This document shows, one piece after another, positions 9,957 through 20,580 of a stretch of 64,000 bases of DNA. A program made the translations under genes and the position numbers. The stretch lies in the NCBI GenBank assembly GCA_905235065.1, contig CAJOJR010000001.1, forward strand, positions 33,591-97,590. Direction: 5' to 3'. The DNA is from an uncultured Bacilli bacterium (GTDB lineage: Bacteria > Bacillota_I > Bacilli_A > RF39 > UBA660). Positions within the stretch are counted from its first letter, which is position 1, and the number at the start of each line of letters is the position of its first letter. The notes under the pieces were generated by a model, which saw only the letters and a program-made list of their open reading frames with translations, ran no database searches and had not been told where the DNA came from.

Positions 9957-11229
9957 TCATATCCCCCTCTAATAAATAAGTCACTTTTTTGTGTATTTTT
10001 TTACTTAATTTAATTATGTCTTCTAAAGAAACATTCATAAATTTTTCTCTTCTAGTTTCAATATCATCAGTATCACAAAATTCCTTCTTATAATAATGTT
10101 CTATCATTGTTATGATACTGTCATAAAAATTATTTAATGAAGTATTTATATGTTCTCTAGCAGTATTAAATAATAATTCAACATCTTTTTTATTTTTCAT
10201 TTTTTTAATTACTTCATCAATTAATTTTACCCCTTTATCATAATTAGACTTATCTATTTCAGTCTCAATTACTAATGAATATGGTTCTCTAGTTATAAAT
10301 GAATCAATTGAATAGCATAATGAATTATTTTCTCTTATTTCAGTAAATAATAATGAATTATTTATACCGCCTAATATTGCATTATAAAAAGTTAAAACAT
10401 ATTTTTTTTCATAATCTGTTAAATCTTCAAATGTATAACCTATAAATAATTGGGATTGACTAAATTTTCTTTTTTCTTTTAATGTTTTTTTATCTACATT
10501 TAAAGTATTTATTTCATAGTTTAATTTAGCATTAAAATTATTTTCATTTTTTGAAAACATTTTATCTAAATACTTTATATATTCATTTTCATTTGTTATA
10601 TTGCCAATTAAAAATATATCTATTTTAAAACTCTTAATTAGTTTTAAATAAAATTTATATACATCTTCATTTTTTATTGTCTCTATTTTTTTTATATCAT
10701 TATATAAATTATAAGAAATAGGAGTTCCTTTATACATTTCATTTTTATATTTAATGAAAGCATATGAATATGGATTATCTTTTATTGACTTTAATCCATT
10801 AATAATATTGTTTTTATTAATTTCATAATAATTATTATCAAAGCAATTGTTACTCACATTTGGATTAAATAAGCATTCATTTAAAAAAAATATACTTTCT
10901 TTAATCATAGAATGTTCAGTATACTTAGGATTCAAAAATTCTAAAGAAAGCATCATACGTTCAATATTTCCATTAACACCAAAAGAAGCCGAAACAGAAG
11001 AACCATAAAGTTCTTCGCCAAGTATTGCCAATGACGATGATGTTTTATATTTTTTTGTTGAACTAATCAAATTTTTCGTCAATAAATTCAAATATGGCAT
11101 GTCATTTTTATTAAATTCATTAGAAAAAATAACGCTTAATGAAACTGTTTTAAATCTATTTGTATTTATAATATGAACATTATATTTTTCTTTTACTATC
11201 TTTTTGTATTCCATATTATACCTCCCCAA
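9937..11229 (-). CDS. M16 family peptidase partner (non-catalytic, YmfF-like).
   Basis: It is 430 aa with an M16-like architecture but lacks the HxxEH motif. It overlaps the downstream M16 gene, forming an operon. Confidence 0.6.
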   Translation of the reverse strand: MGRYNMEYKKIVKEKYNVHIINTNRFKTVSLSVIFSNEFNKNDMPYLNLLTKNLISSTKKYKTSSSLAILGEELYGSSVSASFGVNGNIERMMLSLEFLNPKYTEHSMIKESIFFLNECLFNPNVSNNCFDNNYYEINKNNIINGLKSIKDNPYSYAFIKYKNEMYKGTPISYNLYNDIKKIETIKNEDVYKFYLKLIKSFKIDIFLIGNITNENEYIKYLDKMFSKNENNFNAKLNYEINTLNVDKKTLKEKRKFSQSQLFIGYTFEDLTDYEKKYVLTFYNAILGGINNSLLFTEIRENNSLCYSIDSFITREPYSLVIETEIDKSNYDKGVKLIDEVIKKMKNKKDVELLFNTAREHINTSLNNFYDSIITMIEHYYKKEFCDTDDIETRREKFMNVSLEDIIKLSKKIHKKVTYLLEGDMNEKDSI

Positions 11230-11246
11230 GTTATTATTCCCTATTT

Positions 11247-11957
11247 TTAAATTTTAATGATAGATTCTAAAACTAAATTTATCATTGAATTGAGTCTAAT
11301 TTCTCTTTCTTTGGCTGTCATTTGATTACCAGAATATATTTCATCTGTTACAGTTAATATAGAAGTTGCTCTTTTATGATACTTTTTAGCATTTAAGAAT
11401 AATGCAAAAGATTCCATTTCGACAACAGAACAATTATTTTCTAAAGCAAGATCCATAGTTGTTTTAGGGTTACTATAAAAAGCATCAGTAGTGAATGCTC
11501 TACCTCTTCTTAAATTTAACCCTAATTCTTTAGCAGTTTTATCAATTATTGTATTTAATTCTAAACTGCTATTTATTATATTTATACTCTTACCAAGTAC
11601 CTCTTCGTCATAATTAGTATTGCTATAAGCACTATCAACTAAAAACAAATCATATACTTTTAATGATTCATCATATGAACCAGTCGTTCCAATTCTTATT
11701 ATTGTATCTACATTATAAATATCAAAAAGTTCATGAGAATATATCCCCATTGAAGGAATTCCCATTCCACTAGGAAAAACAGTTATTCTAGTGTTTTTAA
11801 AATAACCAGTATATGCAGTGGCTCCCCTTAACTTATTTATAATTCTTGTTCCTTTTAAGAATTTTTTAGCAATATATTCACATCTTTTAGGGTCACCAGG
11901 CATTATTACTATTTTAGCAATATCTTCTTCTATTGCTTCTATATGTGGTGTTGGCAT
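11247..11957 (-). CDS. deoD: Purine nucleoside phosphorylase, DeoD type (PNP/UDP family 1).
   Basis: It is 236 aa, starts MPTPHIEA and contains ...IMPGDPKR... and ...ATAYTGY. Confidence 0.8.
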   Translation of the reverse strand: MPTPHIEAIEEDIAKIVIMPGDPKRCEYIAKKFLKGTRIINKLRGATAYTGYFKNTRITVFPSGMGIPSMGIYSHELFDIYNVDTIIRIGTTGSYDESLKVYDLFLVDSAYSNTNYDEEVLGKSINIINSSLELNTIIDKTAKELGLNLRRGRAFTTDAFYSNPKTTMDLALENNCSVVEMESFALFLNAKKYHKRATSILTVTDEIYSGNQMTAKEREIRLNSMINLVLESIIKI

Positions 11958-11958
11958 A

Positions 11959-14205
11959 TTAACCTCCTATTTGATTATTATCCCCTTCCAATTTAACCAA
12001 AACTTCTCTTGGCTTACTTCCATTTTGTGGACCAATTATTCCTTTTTCCTCTAATATATCAATAATTCTTGCAGCTCTATTATATCCAAGACGATACTTT
12101 CTTTGAAGTAATGATGCACTCACTTTACCAGTCTTTATTACGAATTCCACTATTTCATTATATAACGGATCTTCTTCATTTGAATCACCTTCATAAGAAG
12201 AGACTGAATTATTAACTGGTGCTGCTTTTGTTAAATCTATCATATTTTCATCATAATTTGGTGTTGAATTTTGTTTTTTAACAGCATCAACAACTCTTTT
12301 AATTTCTTCATCTTTTAACATACTACCTTGTATACGAGTTGGGGCAATTGCACCCATTGGCCAGAATAACATATCACCTTTTCCAAGTAGCTTTTCTGCT
12401 CCTGTTGCATCAAGAATAGTTCTTGAATCTATACTAGAAGAAACTGCAAAAGAAACACGAGTTGGTATATTTGATTTTATTAATCCAGTAATAACATCCG
12501 TTGATGGTCTTTGAGTTGCAACTATTAAATGAATACCAGCTGCTCTTGCAAGTTGAGTAATTCTCATAATAGATTCTTCAACATCTTTAGCAGCTACTAG
12601 CATTAAATCCGCAAGTTCATCAATAATGACTAAAATATAAGGTAATTTCTTTTTAGGTTGATCTGGGTGTTTTTTATTATATTTTTCAACATATTCGTTA
12701 TATGTTTCCAAATTTTTAGTTAAAGATTCATTAAATATATCATACCTATGATCCATTTCGATTACAATCTTTTGTAATGCAACGGATGCTTTTTTAGGAT
12801 CAGTTACAACTGGTATTAATAAATGAGGAATGTTGTCATATACATTTAATTCAACTTTTTTGGGATCCACTAAAACAAGTTTTACTTCATCTGGTTTTGC
12901 TCTTAATAATATTGTAGTAATTATATTATTTATACATACTGATTTACCACTACCTGTAGCACCAGCAATAAGCATATGAGGCGTTTTGTTAATTTCAACG
13001 TACTCACTCTCACCCATGATATTCATTCCAAGAGGAGCAACTAATTTATTATTAGCGTATTTAGCCATCTTTTTATCAAGTAATATTTTTTTCATAACAA
13101 CTGGATGAAGTGTCATATTAGGTATTTCAATTCCAATAGTACTTTTACCAGGTATTGGTGCTTGTATTCTAACTTCTTTAGCCGCAAGAGCTAAAGCTAT
13201 TTCCCTATTTATACTTAATACTTTACTTACTTTTGTACCTGATTTTAATTCAACTTCAAATTGAGTTACAGCGGGCCCTTGATGTACTTCTACTACTTTA
13301 CCAATAATAGAAAAATCTCTTAGTACTCTTTCAATTACTTTTGTATTTGAAGTTATGAATTCGGTAGAATTTATTTTACCAGCACTTGGCCCATCCTCTA
13401 ATAAATCAATTGATGGTAATTTATATGGTTTTTCTTCACTATCATTTATTGGAAGTTTTACTTCTTCTACATGTTCAGGTGCTTCATAAGCAATTGGCTC
13501 TTTAGTCCTTAAATCATCCATGCTAGTTATAACTATTCTTTTATCAATTTCTTCTGGTGTTTCTTCTTTTGCTGTAGTATCTTTTGAAGAAATCTCTTCA
13601 GAAACTTCTTCAGGTGTTTCATCTTTCTTCTTTCCTATATTCTTAAATGGCTTTAATAATAATTTGAATACATCTGCAATATTTAAATCAAATAACATGA
13701 CTACGCCAAAAGAAGCTAAAACAACCACTACTATTTTGGTTCCCTCAAGTGCAAAAAGTTTTACGAATAGAAAACAAAATAATGCACCTATTATTCCACC
13801 ACCAGTAGTATTAATTTCACCAATGTCTGCAGATGCAGTCATAACATTGTCAATAGTTGTTCTAAGTATTTCTACACCTTCTAACTTTGCACTTTCAATA
13901 TATCCCAAATGTGAATACAAAAGTATGGCTATTAAGATTGTATAAAGTCCAATTAGTCTAGCTGATAAATAATTTGGTCTTTTTCTTCTAAGAATTAAAT
14001 ATATTCCCAATATGAATGATAGTGCAAGTAAAACAACATACCAGTTTCCAAACATAAATATTGAAAACTTTTTAAATATATTTCCGACTATTCCAAAATT
14101 ACCAAATCCAACAATGCCAAAAAGAATTAAAAATAATCCTTCTAATTCTTTTTTATATTGAAATCCTTTTTTTGGTTCTTCTTTTCTAACTTTCTTTTTT
14201 GGCAT
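11959..14205 (-). CDS. ftsK: DNA translocase of the FtsK/SpoIIIE family.
   Basis: Its 748 aa have N-terminal TM segments, a proline/acidic linker, a Walker A motif (GATGSGKS) and a C-terminal gamma domain. Confidence 0.9.
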   Translation of the reverse strand: MPKKKVRKEEPKKGFQYKKELEGLFLILFGIVGFGNFGIVGNIFKKFSIFMFGNWYVVLLALSFILGIYLILRRKRPNYLSARLIGLYTILIAILLYSHLGYIESAKLEGVEILRTTIDNVMTASADIGEINTTGGGIIGALFCFLFVKLFALEGTKIVVVVLASFGVVMLFDLNIADVFKLLLKPFKNIGKKKDETPEEVSEEISSKDTTAKEETPEEIDKRIVITSMDDLRTKEPIAYEAPEHVEEVKLPINDSEEKPYKLPSIDLLEDGPSAGKINSTEFITSNTKVIERVLRDFSIIGKVVEVHQGPAVTQFEVELKSGTKVSKVLSINREIALALAAKEVRIQAPIPGKSTIGIEIPNMTLHPVVMKKILLDKKMAKYANNKLVAPLGMNIMGESEYVEINKTPHMLIAGATGSGKSVCINNIITTILLRAKPDEVKLVLVDPKKVELNVYDNIPHLLIPVVTDPKKASVALQKIVIEMDHRYDIFNESLTKNLETYNEYVEKYNKKHPDQPKKKLPYILVIIDELADLMLVAAKDVEESIMRITQLARAAGIHLIVATQRPSTDVITGLIKSNIPTRVSFAVSSSIDSRTILDATGAEKLLGKGDMLFWPMGAIAPTRIQGSMLKDEEIKRVVDAVKKQNSTPNYDENMIDLTKAAPVNNSVSSYEGDSNEEDPLYNEIVEFVIKTGKVSASLLQRKYRLGYNRAARIIDILEEKGIIGPQNGSKPREVLVKLEGDNNQIGG

Positions 14206-14218
14206 AATACCTCACCCT

Positions 14219-15937
14219 CTAATCTTGATAAACACCCAGCAACTTTTTGTGTATTCCTGGTTCAACAATATTTAATGTATTAATTGCAATCTCTAAAGAA
14301 TCTTTATAATTTCCTTTATAAAACTCTCTTTCTGCTTTTACAAGCCCTGCATCGACTTCTTTATTTGAACTTCTATATCTATTTCCATAAACAATTGAAA
14401 GTTCAGCCATAGAAGCAGTTTTATAAGTTTCATTACAAGTGTTATATAACTTTAACGCTAAATCTCTTGCTGTATCGACTCTTGTATTTAATGTTTTAAT
14501 TGAGATTGGTTTTTTATCTAATTCTTTGATTATTTCTTCTACCGCATCTCCGGCCTCTTCAAGCTCTATATAATACTTTTTAGGTATCATTGGTAATTTA
14601 TAATCTCTAATTTTATGTTTAGATGACTTTAATATTTCTCTAAGTTCGATTAATTGTTCTCTGGCTCTTATTTCATCTTCTTTTAAGCTTCCTAAATTGC
14701 GTAAAGTCATTTCTAAATTATCTTCAACTGTTGTTATTTTAATAAGCAGGTTTTCACAACTACCGTTTAATTTAGAATAAGGTATAATTTTTGTTTGAGT
14801 TCTATCAGATAAAATTTTATATTCATCTCTTAAACCGACAAGTTCTTTTCTTATGCCTTCAACAAGTTTCAATTCATCATCTGATAAATCATAAGAACTT
14901 TTAATATCATTAAGCTCTGCATAAAGATTTTTAATAAGCCTAAACATTCTAGAAATCTTTTCATTTATTATAAATATATTTTGCTCATATAATTTTTTAC
15001 TAGTCTTTTCTTTAGAAAAATCTGTATACAAAGATTCCAAATAACTAAGCATAGTTTTAAGTTCAAATATAGAATCCTCTAAATTCAAAACTTTTAATCT
15101 ATCAATAATATCATTTAATTTTTTGTTTATTTCTTCAATGTTATAATCTATATTTAAATATTCTAAATTATAACCATCTTTAGTCATTTTCTTATATACA
15201 TTTCTTGTTTCATTAATCTTTTTTGGTATTACAACTTTACCCATAAATATAATTGTAGGAGATTCTTCAATAACCATTTTAATATTTTGAACTAAATTTG
15301 ATACTCCCTTTACAATTTTACCAATATTTTCATATTCTTTTTTATCCATCGCTGACTCAAAAGCCGCAAGTAATTTATCAATATTCTCAAATTGCAATTC
15401 GATTGAACTTCCAATCTCTTTATAATCATTTTTAGATGCGTTATATTTATTAATTATCTCCCTGTAAATAGTTTTGAGTCTTGTTATAACCTCACGATTT
15501 CTTTGCTCTGATAAAGTAATCTCTCTAATTTCTTCAACTAAATAATCTATTTTGGTTTTTGAATAATAAACCTCTAGCTCATACTTAGGGTACAAAAAAT
15601 CCAATTCTTTAAAATTGTTATTTTCAAGTAAAACCTCTAATTCCAATATTTTATCTGTTAATTTAGGAAGTTCATTATCTCTTATATCATTAAATCTTTT
15701 ATTCCAATCTTTAAATTTTTTGGCCAAATAACTATTATTTATTAATGCTTCAACTTGAGATAATTCACTTAATATTTCAGGAGAAATAATCATATTTTTT
15801 TCAGTTTCTAATCTTTCAATTTCCTTTTTTCTACTTTCCTTCTTTTTATGATGTATCAAAAACAACGTACCAGCTATTGCTGCTACCCCAATTAAAATTA
15901 TCCCACAAAGTATAAATATTAATGTTGTTTTACCCAT
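14219..15937 (-). CDS. ezrA: Septation ring formation regulator EzrA.
   Basis: Its 572 aa have a single N-terminal TM and long coiled-coil body. The C-terminal ...VYGNRYRSS... block corresponds to the EzrA QFGNRFRS patch. Confidence 0.8.
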   Translation of the reverse strand: MGKTTLIFILCGIILIGVAAIAGTLFLIHHKKKESRKKEIERLETEKNMIISPEILSELSQVEALINNSYLAKKFKDWNKRFNDIRDNELPKLTDKILELEVLLENNNFKELDFLYPKYELEVYYSKTKIDYLVEEIREITLSEQRNREVITRLKTIYREIINKYNASKNDYKEIGSSIELQFENIDKLLAAFESAMDKKEYENIGKIVKGVSNLVQNIKMVIEESPTIIFMGKVVIPKKINETRNVYKKMTKDGYNLEYLNIDYNIEEINKKLNDIIDRLKVLNLEDSIFELKTMLSYLESLYTDFSKEKTSKKLYEQNIFIINEKISRMFRLIKNLYAELNDIKSSYDLSDDELKLVEGIRKELVGLRDEYKILSDRTQTKIIPYSKLNGSCENLLIKITTVEDNLEMTLRNLGSLKEDEIRAREQLIELREILKSSKHKIRDYKLPMIPKKYYIELEEAGDAVEEIIKELDKKPISIKTLNTRVDTARDLALKLYNTCNETYKTASMAELSIVYGNRYRSSNKEVDAGLVKAEREFYKGNYKDSLEIAINTLNIVEPGIHKKLLGVYQD

Positions 15938-16017
15938 ACTTATTTCTTATCCTCTATAAAGTATTTTAACACATAACCATAATATTTAAAAGACTTTTTA
16001 AAAGAAAAAAAGAATGA

Positions 16018-16046
16018 TTTATTACTCTTTCATATAAAAAAAGAAG
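16018..16046 (-). terminator. Rho-independent terminator after rpmA.
   Basis: The hairpin AAGTGTTTAT-gaa-TAAACACTT is followed by a T-run. Confidence 0.6.
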
Positions 16047-16049
16047 TGT

Positions 16050-16331
16050 TTATTCATAAACACTTACTTGTTTTTTATCTCTACCTTTTCTTTCGAATTT
16101 AACTATTCCATCAATTTTAGCAAATAATGTATGATCTTTGCCCATTCCAGTATTTACTCCAGGATAAATTTTAGTTCCTCTTTGTCTATAAATAATAGAA
16201 CCAGCAGTAACACGTTCTCCATCACTTACTTTAGCGCCTAATCTACGACCTGCAGAATCTCTTCCGTTTTTAGTAGAACCAACACCTTTTTTAGATGCGA
16301 ATAATTGTATATTTAAATTTAAAAAATTCAT
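16050..16331 (-). CDS. rpmA: 50S ribosomal protein L27 with an N-terminal propeptide.
   Basis: It begins [12 protein letters not shown]|[14 protein letters not shown]... The Firmicutes-type 9-12 aa extension ends in the Prp cleavage motif before SKKG. Confidence 0.95.
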   Translation of the reverse strand: MNFLNLNIQLFASKKGVGSTKNGRDSAGRRLGAKVSDGERVTAGSIIYRQRGTKIYPGVNTGMGKDHTLFAKIDGIVKFERKGRDKKQVSVYE

Positions 16332-16332
16332 A

Positions 16333-16632
16333 TTATTCCTCCACTATTTTTATATTTTTTTTGTAACTTTCTTCAAGTTCTTTTAACATATTAACCATAT
16401 TATTTAATAACTTATTAGTAATATCATCTTTTTTTATGTTTTTAACTTTATTTTCTTTATTATAACTGATTGCATCCTTATCAAACGTAAGAATTGCATT
16501 TATTGTAGTTATATAAATCGAAGAAACCGAAGCACAAACAATATCTTTCCCATAATCATCATATAAAGCATGACCTTTAAATGATATGCTTTCTATAATA
16601 TCATTATTTTTTTTAATGCTTACTAATAACAT
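16333..16632 (-). CDS. prp: Ribosomal-processing cysteine protease Prp (YsxB/DUF464), which cleaves the L27 propeptide.
   Basis: It is a 99 aa protein located between rplU and rpmA and has a conserved His/Cys dyad (KGHA..., ...CASVS...). Confidence 0.85.
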   Translation of the reverse strand: MLLVSIKKNNDIIESISFKGHALYDDYGKDIVCASVSSIYITTINAILTFDKDAISYNKENKVKNIKKDDITNKLLNNMVNMLKELEESYKKNIKIVEE

Positions 16633-16634
16633 AA

Positions 16635-16937
16635 TTACTTCACTTCTATTTTCTTAATAACAAGTTTAGTATATGGTTGTCTATGACCTTGAGTTTTTCT
16701 ATATTTCTTTTTAGGTTTATATTTAAAAACTCTAATTTTTTTGTTTTTACCATGTTTTAAAACTTCTGCAGTAACAGTTGCACCTTTTACATAAGGATTT
16801 CCAACCTTACCATCAACATATAAAACTTCATTAAAAGAAATTTTTTCTTTAGCTGGTACATCTAATTTTTCAACAAAAATTTCATCATTTTCATTTACTA
16901 AATATTGTTTACCACCTGTAACAAATATTGCTTTCAT
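16635..16937 (-). CDS. rplU: 50S ribosomal protein L21.
   Basis: It is 100 aa with the motif VTGGKQYLV.... Confidence 0.95.
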   Translation of the reverse strand: MKAIFVTGGKQYLVNENDEIFVEKLDVPAKEKISFNEVLYVDGKVGNPYVKGATVTAEVLKHGKNKKIRVFKYKPKKKYRKTQGHRQPYTKLVIKKIEVK

Positions 16938-17062
16938 TTTTTACCTCCTTCAATCAGACTCGCCTTTAAGGTAACATATGTTTTAAAACCTTTTTAGTGC
17001 GGTTGTAGAGAAAGAATCTCAACAAACAAAATAGATTTTAACATAAAACACACTTTAAGTCA
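16938..17062 (-). promoter_or_regulatory. rplU promoter (-35 TTGACT 17057-17062; -10 TAAAAT 17035-17040) plus a roughly 95-nt structured leader (candidate L21 leader).
   Basis: There is a sigma-A-like promoter with 16-nt spacing. The leader contains the hairpin GTTG-ta-GAGA-aagaa-TCTC-AAC (17002-17023). Firmicutes rplU operons are known to carry a conserved autoregulatory leader. Confidence 0.4.
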
Positions 17063-17063
17063 A

Positions 17064-17754
17064 TCATTTAAAGTATTTATCTAGATATTCTTTTTCAGTA
17101 TAAACCCTATTGTTTTCTATAATTTTATGCTTTCTACTTCTTTTAATTTTTTCAATACTGTTTATTGACTTTCCTTTTTTAAAATTGAAATCCTTTAAAT
17201 ATCTTTCCACCAAAAATTTATTATACTTAATATTTACCATATTTGCTTCTTCCACTATTGATTTTATTAATATACATGCAAGTAATATAAATACTAATCT
17301 TTTTTCGAATGTGGCGAATAAAAATATTGAAACAAACGAAACAATAACCAGGACAATATTTGATTTTTTATATGGAAATATTTTTTCTAATATCAAAAGT
17401 AATAACTTAGATCCATCTAAAGGAATTATTGGTAAAAAATTAAAATATAATAGATTCTTGTGAAATAAATTTAATATATCAAAATTTATAGTAGATATTA
17501 AATTTATTTTATATAATACTAATAATATTAAATAAAGAATTTCCTGAAACAAAGGACCACCAATTAAAATAAATAATTCTTCTAACATAGATGAATTTAA
17601 ATTTATATTTTGTTATTCCTCCAAATGGATAAATAACTATACTTGATTCTTTATAACCTAATAAACACGCTATAAAAAGATGGCCTAATTCATGAAATAA
17701 AATTAAAAATAATAATATAAATATTTGCCTAAAATAACCTGATAAAAAGCACAA
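17064..17754 (-). pseudogene. SpoIVFB-like site-2 (M50) metalloprotease gene, interrupted by a frameshift or present as two overlapping frames.
   Basis: The N-terminal ORF (17509-17754) carries HELGH. The C-terminal ORF (17064-17588), in another frame, carries the second M50 signature ...LPIIPLDGSKLL.... The two ORFs overlap by 80 nt in an A/T homopolymer-rich stretch. The position upstream of rplU matches spoIVFB in Bacillus. Confidence 0.6.
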
Positions 17755-17794
17755 AAGAATAATTATATATGTAATATAACTTATTTGTATTTTA

Positions 17795-18358
17795 TTAAAT
17801 ATAGTTTTTATAATCTAAGAATTCTCCATTCTTTTGAAATACTAAATATAATTTATCTTTAGAAGTTGCTATTGCTGTATTTTTATTAACATAATCATAT
17901 AAGTTAACACTTATATTGTCTACGTTTCCATACCATACATCTATTCCATTACTTTGTTGAACTATAATTGTTTTACCATAATTCTCTTTTTCGCCTATGA
18001 ATACTACTATACCACTATCTATTAAATTGACACTTTCACCATCACTCATCTCAATCATAACACCATCTAAATAATTAGAATACTTTTTATATTTTATACC
18101 TTCATCATTTACTGAAATGTTTACTTCTTTAGGAAATATCTTTGATAAGAATTGATTTACTATTGAAAAATTAAAATTAGTTTCAAATAGTTCTTTTTTA
18201 ATTGCATTTTTAGTATTTGGACTTAGTTTTATAATAGATAATATTGTAAATAAAATAAAAATTGATAAAACTATTTTTAAAGAAATCTTTTTAATAAACT
18301 TACTTCTACTTTGTCCACTTTTGTTTTTCATATATTCTTCTAATGTCATTTTAATCAC
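17795..18358 (-). CDS. SpoIVFA-like membrane protein with a degenerate M23/LytM domain.
   Basis: It is 187 aa with one TM. The C-terminal region resembles an M23 fold with the catalytic His residues replaced (IIVQQSNGIDVWYGNV...). It lies directly upstream of the M50 gene, as in the spoIVFA-spoIVFB operon. Confidence 0.5.
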   Translation of the reverse strand: MIKMTLEEYMKNKSGQSRSKFIKKISLKIVLSIFILFTILSIIKLSPNTKNAIKKELFETNFNFSIVNQFLSKIFPKEVNISVNDEGIKYKKYSNYLDGVMIEMSDGESVNLIDSGIVVFIGEKENYGKTIIVQQSNGIDVWYGNVDNISVNLYDYVNKNTAIATSKDKLYLVFQKNGEFLDYKNYI

Positions 18359-18374
18359 CTAAAAAATAATATGA

Positions 18375-19058
18375 TTATTTTTTATTTTTATTCATATTTT
18401 CAAAAAAACTATAATACTTATCTTTACCAAATATTATATGATCTACTAATTTTATTCCAACCATATTTCCAGTATATATAAGACTATTAGTAATTTCTAC
18501 ATCATTAATGCTAGGTGTTGGATCCCCCGATGGATGATTGTGCATAACAATTACACCGGCAGCACTCAAAAGAATAGCTTCTCTAAATACCTCTCTTGGG
18601 TGTACAACTGAATTATCCAATGTACCTTTAAATATTGTTTTAAATGAAATAATATTTTTCTTTGTATCTAAGTATAAAGCACAAAACTTTTCTTGTAGGG
18701 AATTATCAAATTCACTTCTAAATGTTTCATATACTAAAGATGTTGAATTTATTTGAACATTGTTTTTATTCTTTACATAATACACTCTTCTCCCTAGTTC
18801 AATTGCTGCAAGTAATTGGCAAGATTTAACCACCCCTATTCCTTTTATTTTACTGAGAGTATTTATTTTTAAATCTTTTAAATTTTCAACACTTTTAGCT
18901 TCTTTCAAAATTAAACTAGCCAGTTCTTTAGAATTAATATTTTTAGTCCCACATTTTAATATTATTGAAATTAATTCTTCATTTGATAAATGTCCTACTC
19001 CTAGACTAATTAATCTTTCTCTAGGTTTCTCATATTTAGCCATTTCTAATATTTTCAC
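18375..19058 (-). CDS. radC: RadC-like JAB-domain protein (UPF0758, YsxA/RadC).
   Basis: It has an N-terminal HhH motif and a C-terminal JAMM motif ...HNHPSGDPTPS.... Length is 227 aa. Confidence 0.85.
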   Translation of the reverse strand: MKILEMAKYEKPRERLISLGVGHLSNEELISIILKCGTKNINSKELASLILKEAKSVENLKDLKINTLSKIKGIGVVKSCQLLAAIELGRRVYYVKNKNNVQINSTSLVYETFRSEFDNSLQEKFCALYLDTKKNIISFKTIFKGTLDNSVVHPREVFREAILLSAAGVIVMHNHPSGDPTPSINDVEITNSLIYTGNMVGIKLVDHIIFGKDKYYSFFENMNKNKK

Positions 19059-19539
19059 AATTATATTCTTTATATTTTTTTAATACTTCTTTTTCAATTC
19101 TTTCAACTGTTTTTTTACTTTCTGCTGAAGAAAGCAATGTTTCATAATTATTTAATTCAGATATAAAATTTTTACAACTAACAACTTTTTCCCTTACATA
19201 TATATTATCGCCATTTTTTTTATAAAACTCTTTTATTTTTTCTAAATTTTTTAAATTTTTGGTTAAACCAATATAAATATGATACAAGTTATCATCTTCT
19301 TTAACAACTATATAGTTTTCTAATGCTTTTGTTTTATCAGATATGTTTTTTACGTTTTTGTAAGCCGATACTTGAATAAAATACAAAGTATCAGTTTCTT
19401 TTACACCATTTATATTTTTTTTATAATTTAAATAAAGAATTAGTGAAAAGATAATTCCAAGAATAACTGATATAGTAATAACTTTTTTCATATAATCACC
19501 AAAAATATTATATAAATTAAAAACCACATTATTTGTCAT
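19036..19539 (-). CDS. Membrane-anchored protein with a possible C-terminal SPOR-like domain. The start is probably at the internal Met (MKKVITIS..., about 19489).
   Basis: A TM helix is followed by ...YFIQVSAYKNVKNI...LYHIYIGLTKN..., which resembles the SPOR septal peptidoglycan-binding fold. Confidence 0.3.
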   Translation of the reverse strand: MTNNVVFNLYNIFGDYMKKVITISVILGIIFSLILYLNYKKNINGVKETDTLYFIQVSAYKNVKNISDKTKALENYIVVKEDDNLYHIYIGLTKNLKNLEKIKEFYKKNGDNIYVREKVVSCKNFISELNNYETLLSSAESKKTVERIEKEVLKKYKEYNCENIRNG

Positions 19540-20539
19540 AATGTGGTAGTTCTTTTAATTTAGTTAAAACATTATTGAAATTATCACCTTCAATTAATTT
19601 TATATCATATTTATTTTTATCTTTCTCAGATTTGCATTCTTCATAATTATTTGTTGGACATATAAATATTTGAGAACCATTTTTATCAGCACCTGCAAGT
19701 TTATATTTAATGCCAGAAATTTCTCCAACAGAACCATCTTCATTAATCGTACCAGTGCCAGATATTTTATAGCCTTTCGTTATATCTTCCTTAGTTAACA
19801 TATCATATATTTCAAGTGCTGTCATTAATCCTCCAGAAGGTCCAAGTTCATTTTTCTTAAATTTAAAACTTACTTCAGGATCAGTATTTATTTCAATTTC
19901 ATTTTGAATTGCTATTCCAATTAAAAGCTTACCTTCAATATTCTTTATAATCGCATATCTATTTTGTTCCTTGTTATTTCTGGTTACCTTTAAATTGATT
20001 TTTTGTCCCTCTTTAAGAGAACTCACTACATTAGTTAAATCATCAGTATTAGTAACTTTTATATTATTAATACTAGTTATAACATCACCAATTTTTAAAT
20101 CAGTGTCAGATTCTTTATAAATGTATATTACTTTAATTCCTTTTTTATAAGTGTTTACTTCTAAACCAAGTGCTTTAAATGCCACTATAACTGCATTTTT
20201 ATTTACATCATTTAAATATATTTTATTTCTCTCCTCATTTTCTTTTTCACTTTCACCATCAATTCTAATATCCTTAGTAGGTATTAAATCCCACGAAGGT
20301 ATTATATAAGATGCAAGAACAAATAAAATATTCCCTTTGTATCCTCTAACATAAGTTAAATTAAAACTCCCTTCACTTTTATAAGCATTATCTATTTTAA
20401 TTCTATTATTTAAATTAAGTAGTCCTCCAGGAGTATATATTTGATAATCCAGTTTTATAACAGTCAAACATATCAATATTATATATATAAAAATTAACTT
20501 ATAATTATATCTTAAAAATTTTTTTAACTTTTCTTTCAT
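19529..20539 (-). CDS. YlbL/SepM-like membrane protein with PDZ and Lon-like (S16) protease domains.
   Basis: It has an N-terminal TM, a PDZ-like middle region and the C-terminal S16 serine motif ...LGPSGGLMTALEIYD.... Length is 336 aa. Confidence 0.7.
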   Translation of the reverse strand: MKEKLKKFLRYNYKLIFIYIILICLTVIKLDYQIYTPGGLLNLNNRIKIDNAYKSEGSFNLTYVRGYKGNILFVLASYIIPSWDLIPTKDIRIDGESEKENEERNKIYLNDVNKNAVIVAFKALGLEVNTYKKGIKVIYIYKESDTDLKIGDVITSINNIKVTNTDDLTNVVSSLKEGQKINLKVTRNNKEQNRYAIIKNIEGKLLIGIAIQNEIEINTDPEVSFKFKKNELGPSGGLMTALEIYDMLTKEDITKGYKISGTGTINEDGSVGEISGIKYKLAGADKNGSQIFICPTNNYEECKSEKDKNKYDIKLIEGDNFNNVLTKLKELPHYDK

Positions 20540-20580
20540 ATTTTCCTCTATAAAATATTATAACATATTAGGGTATTTAT

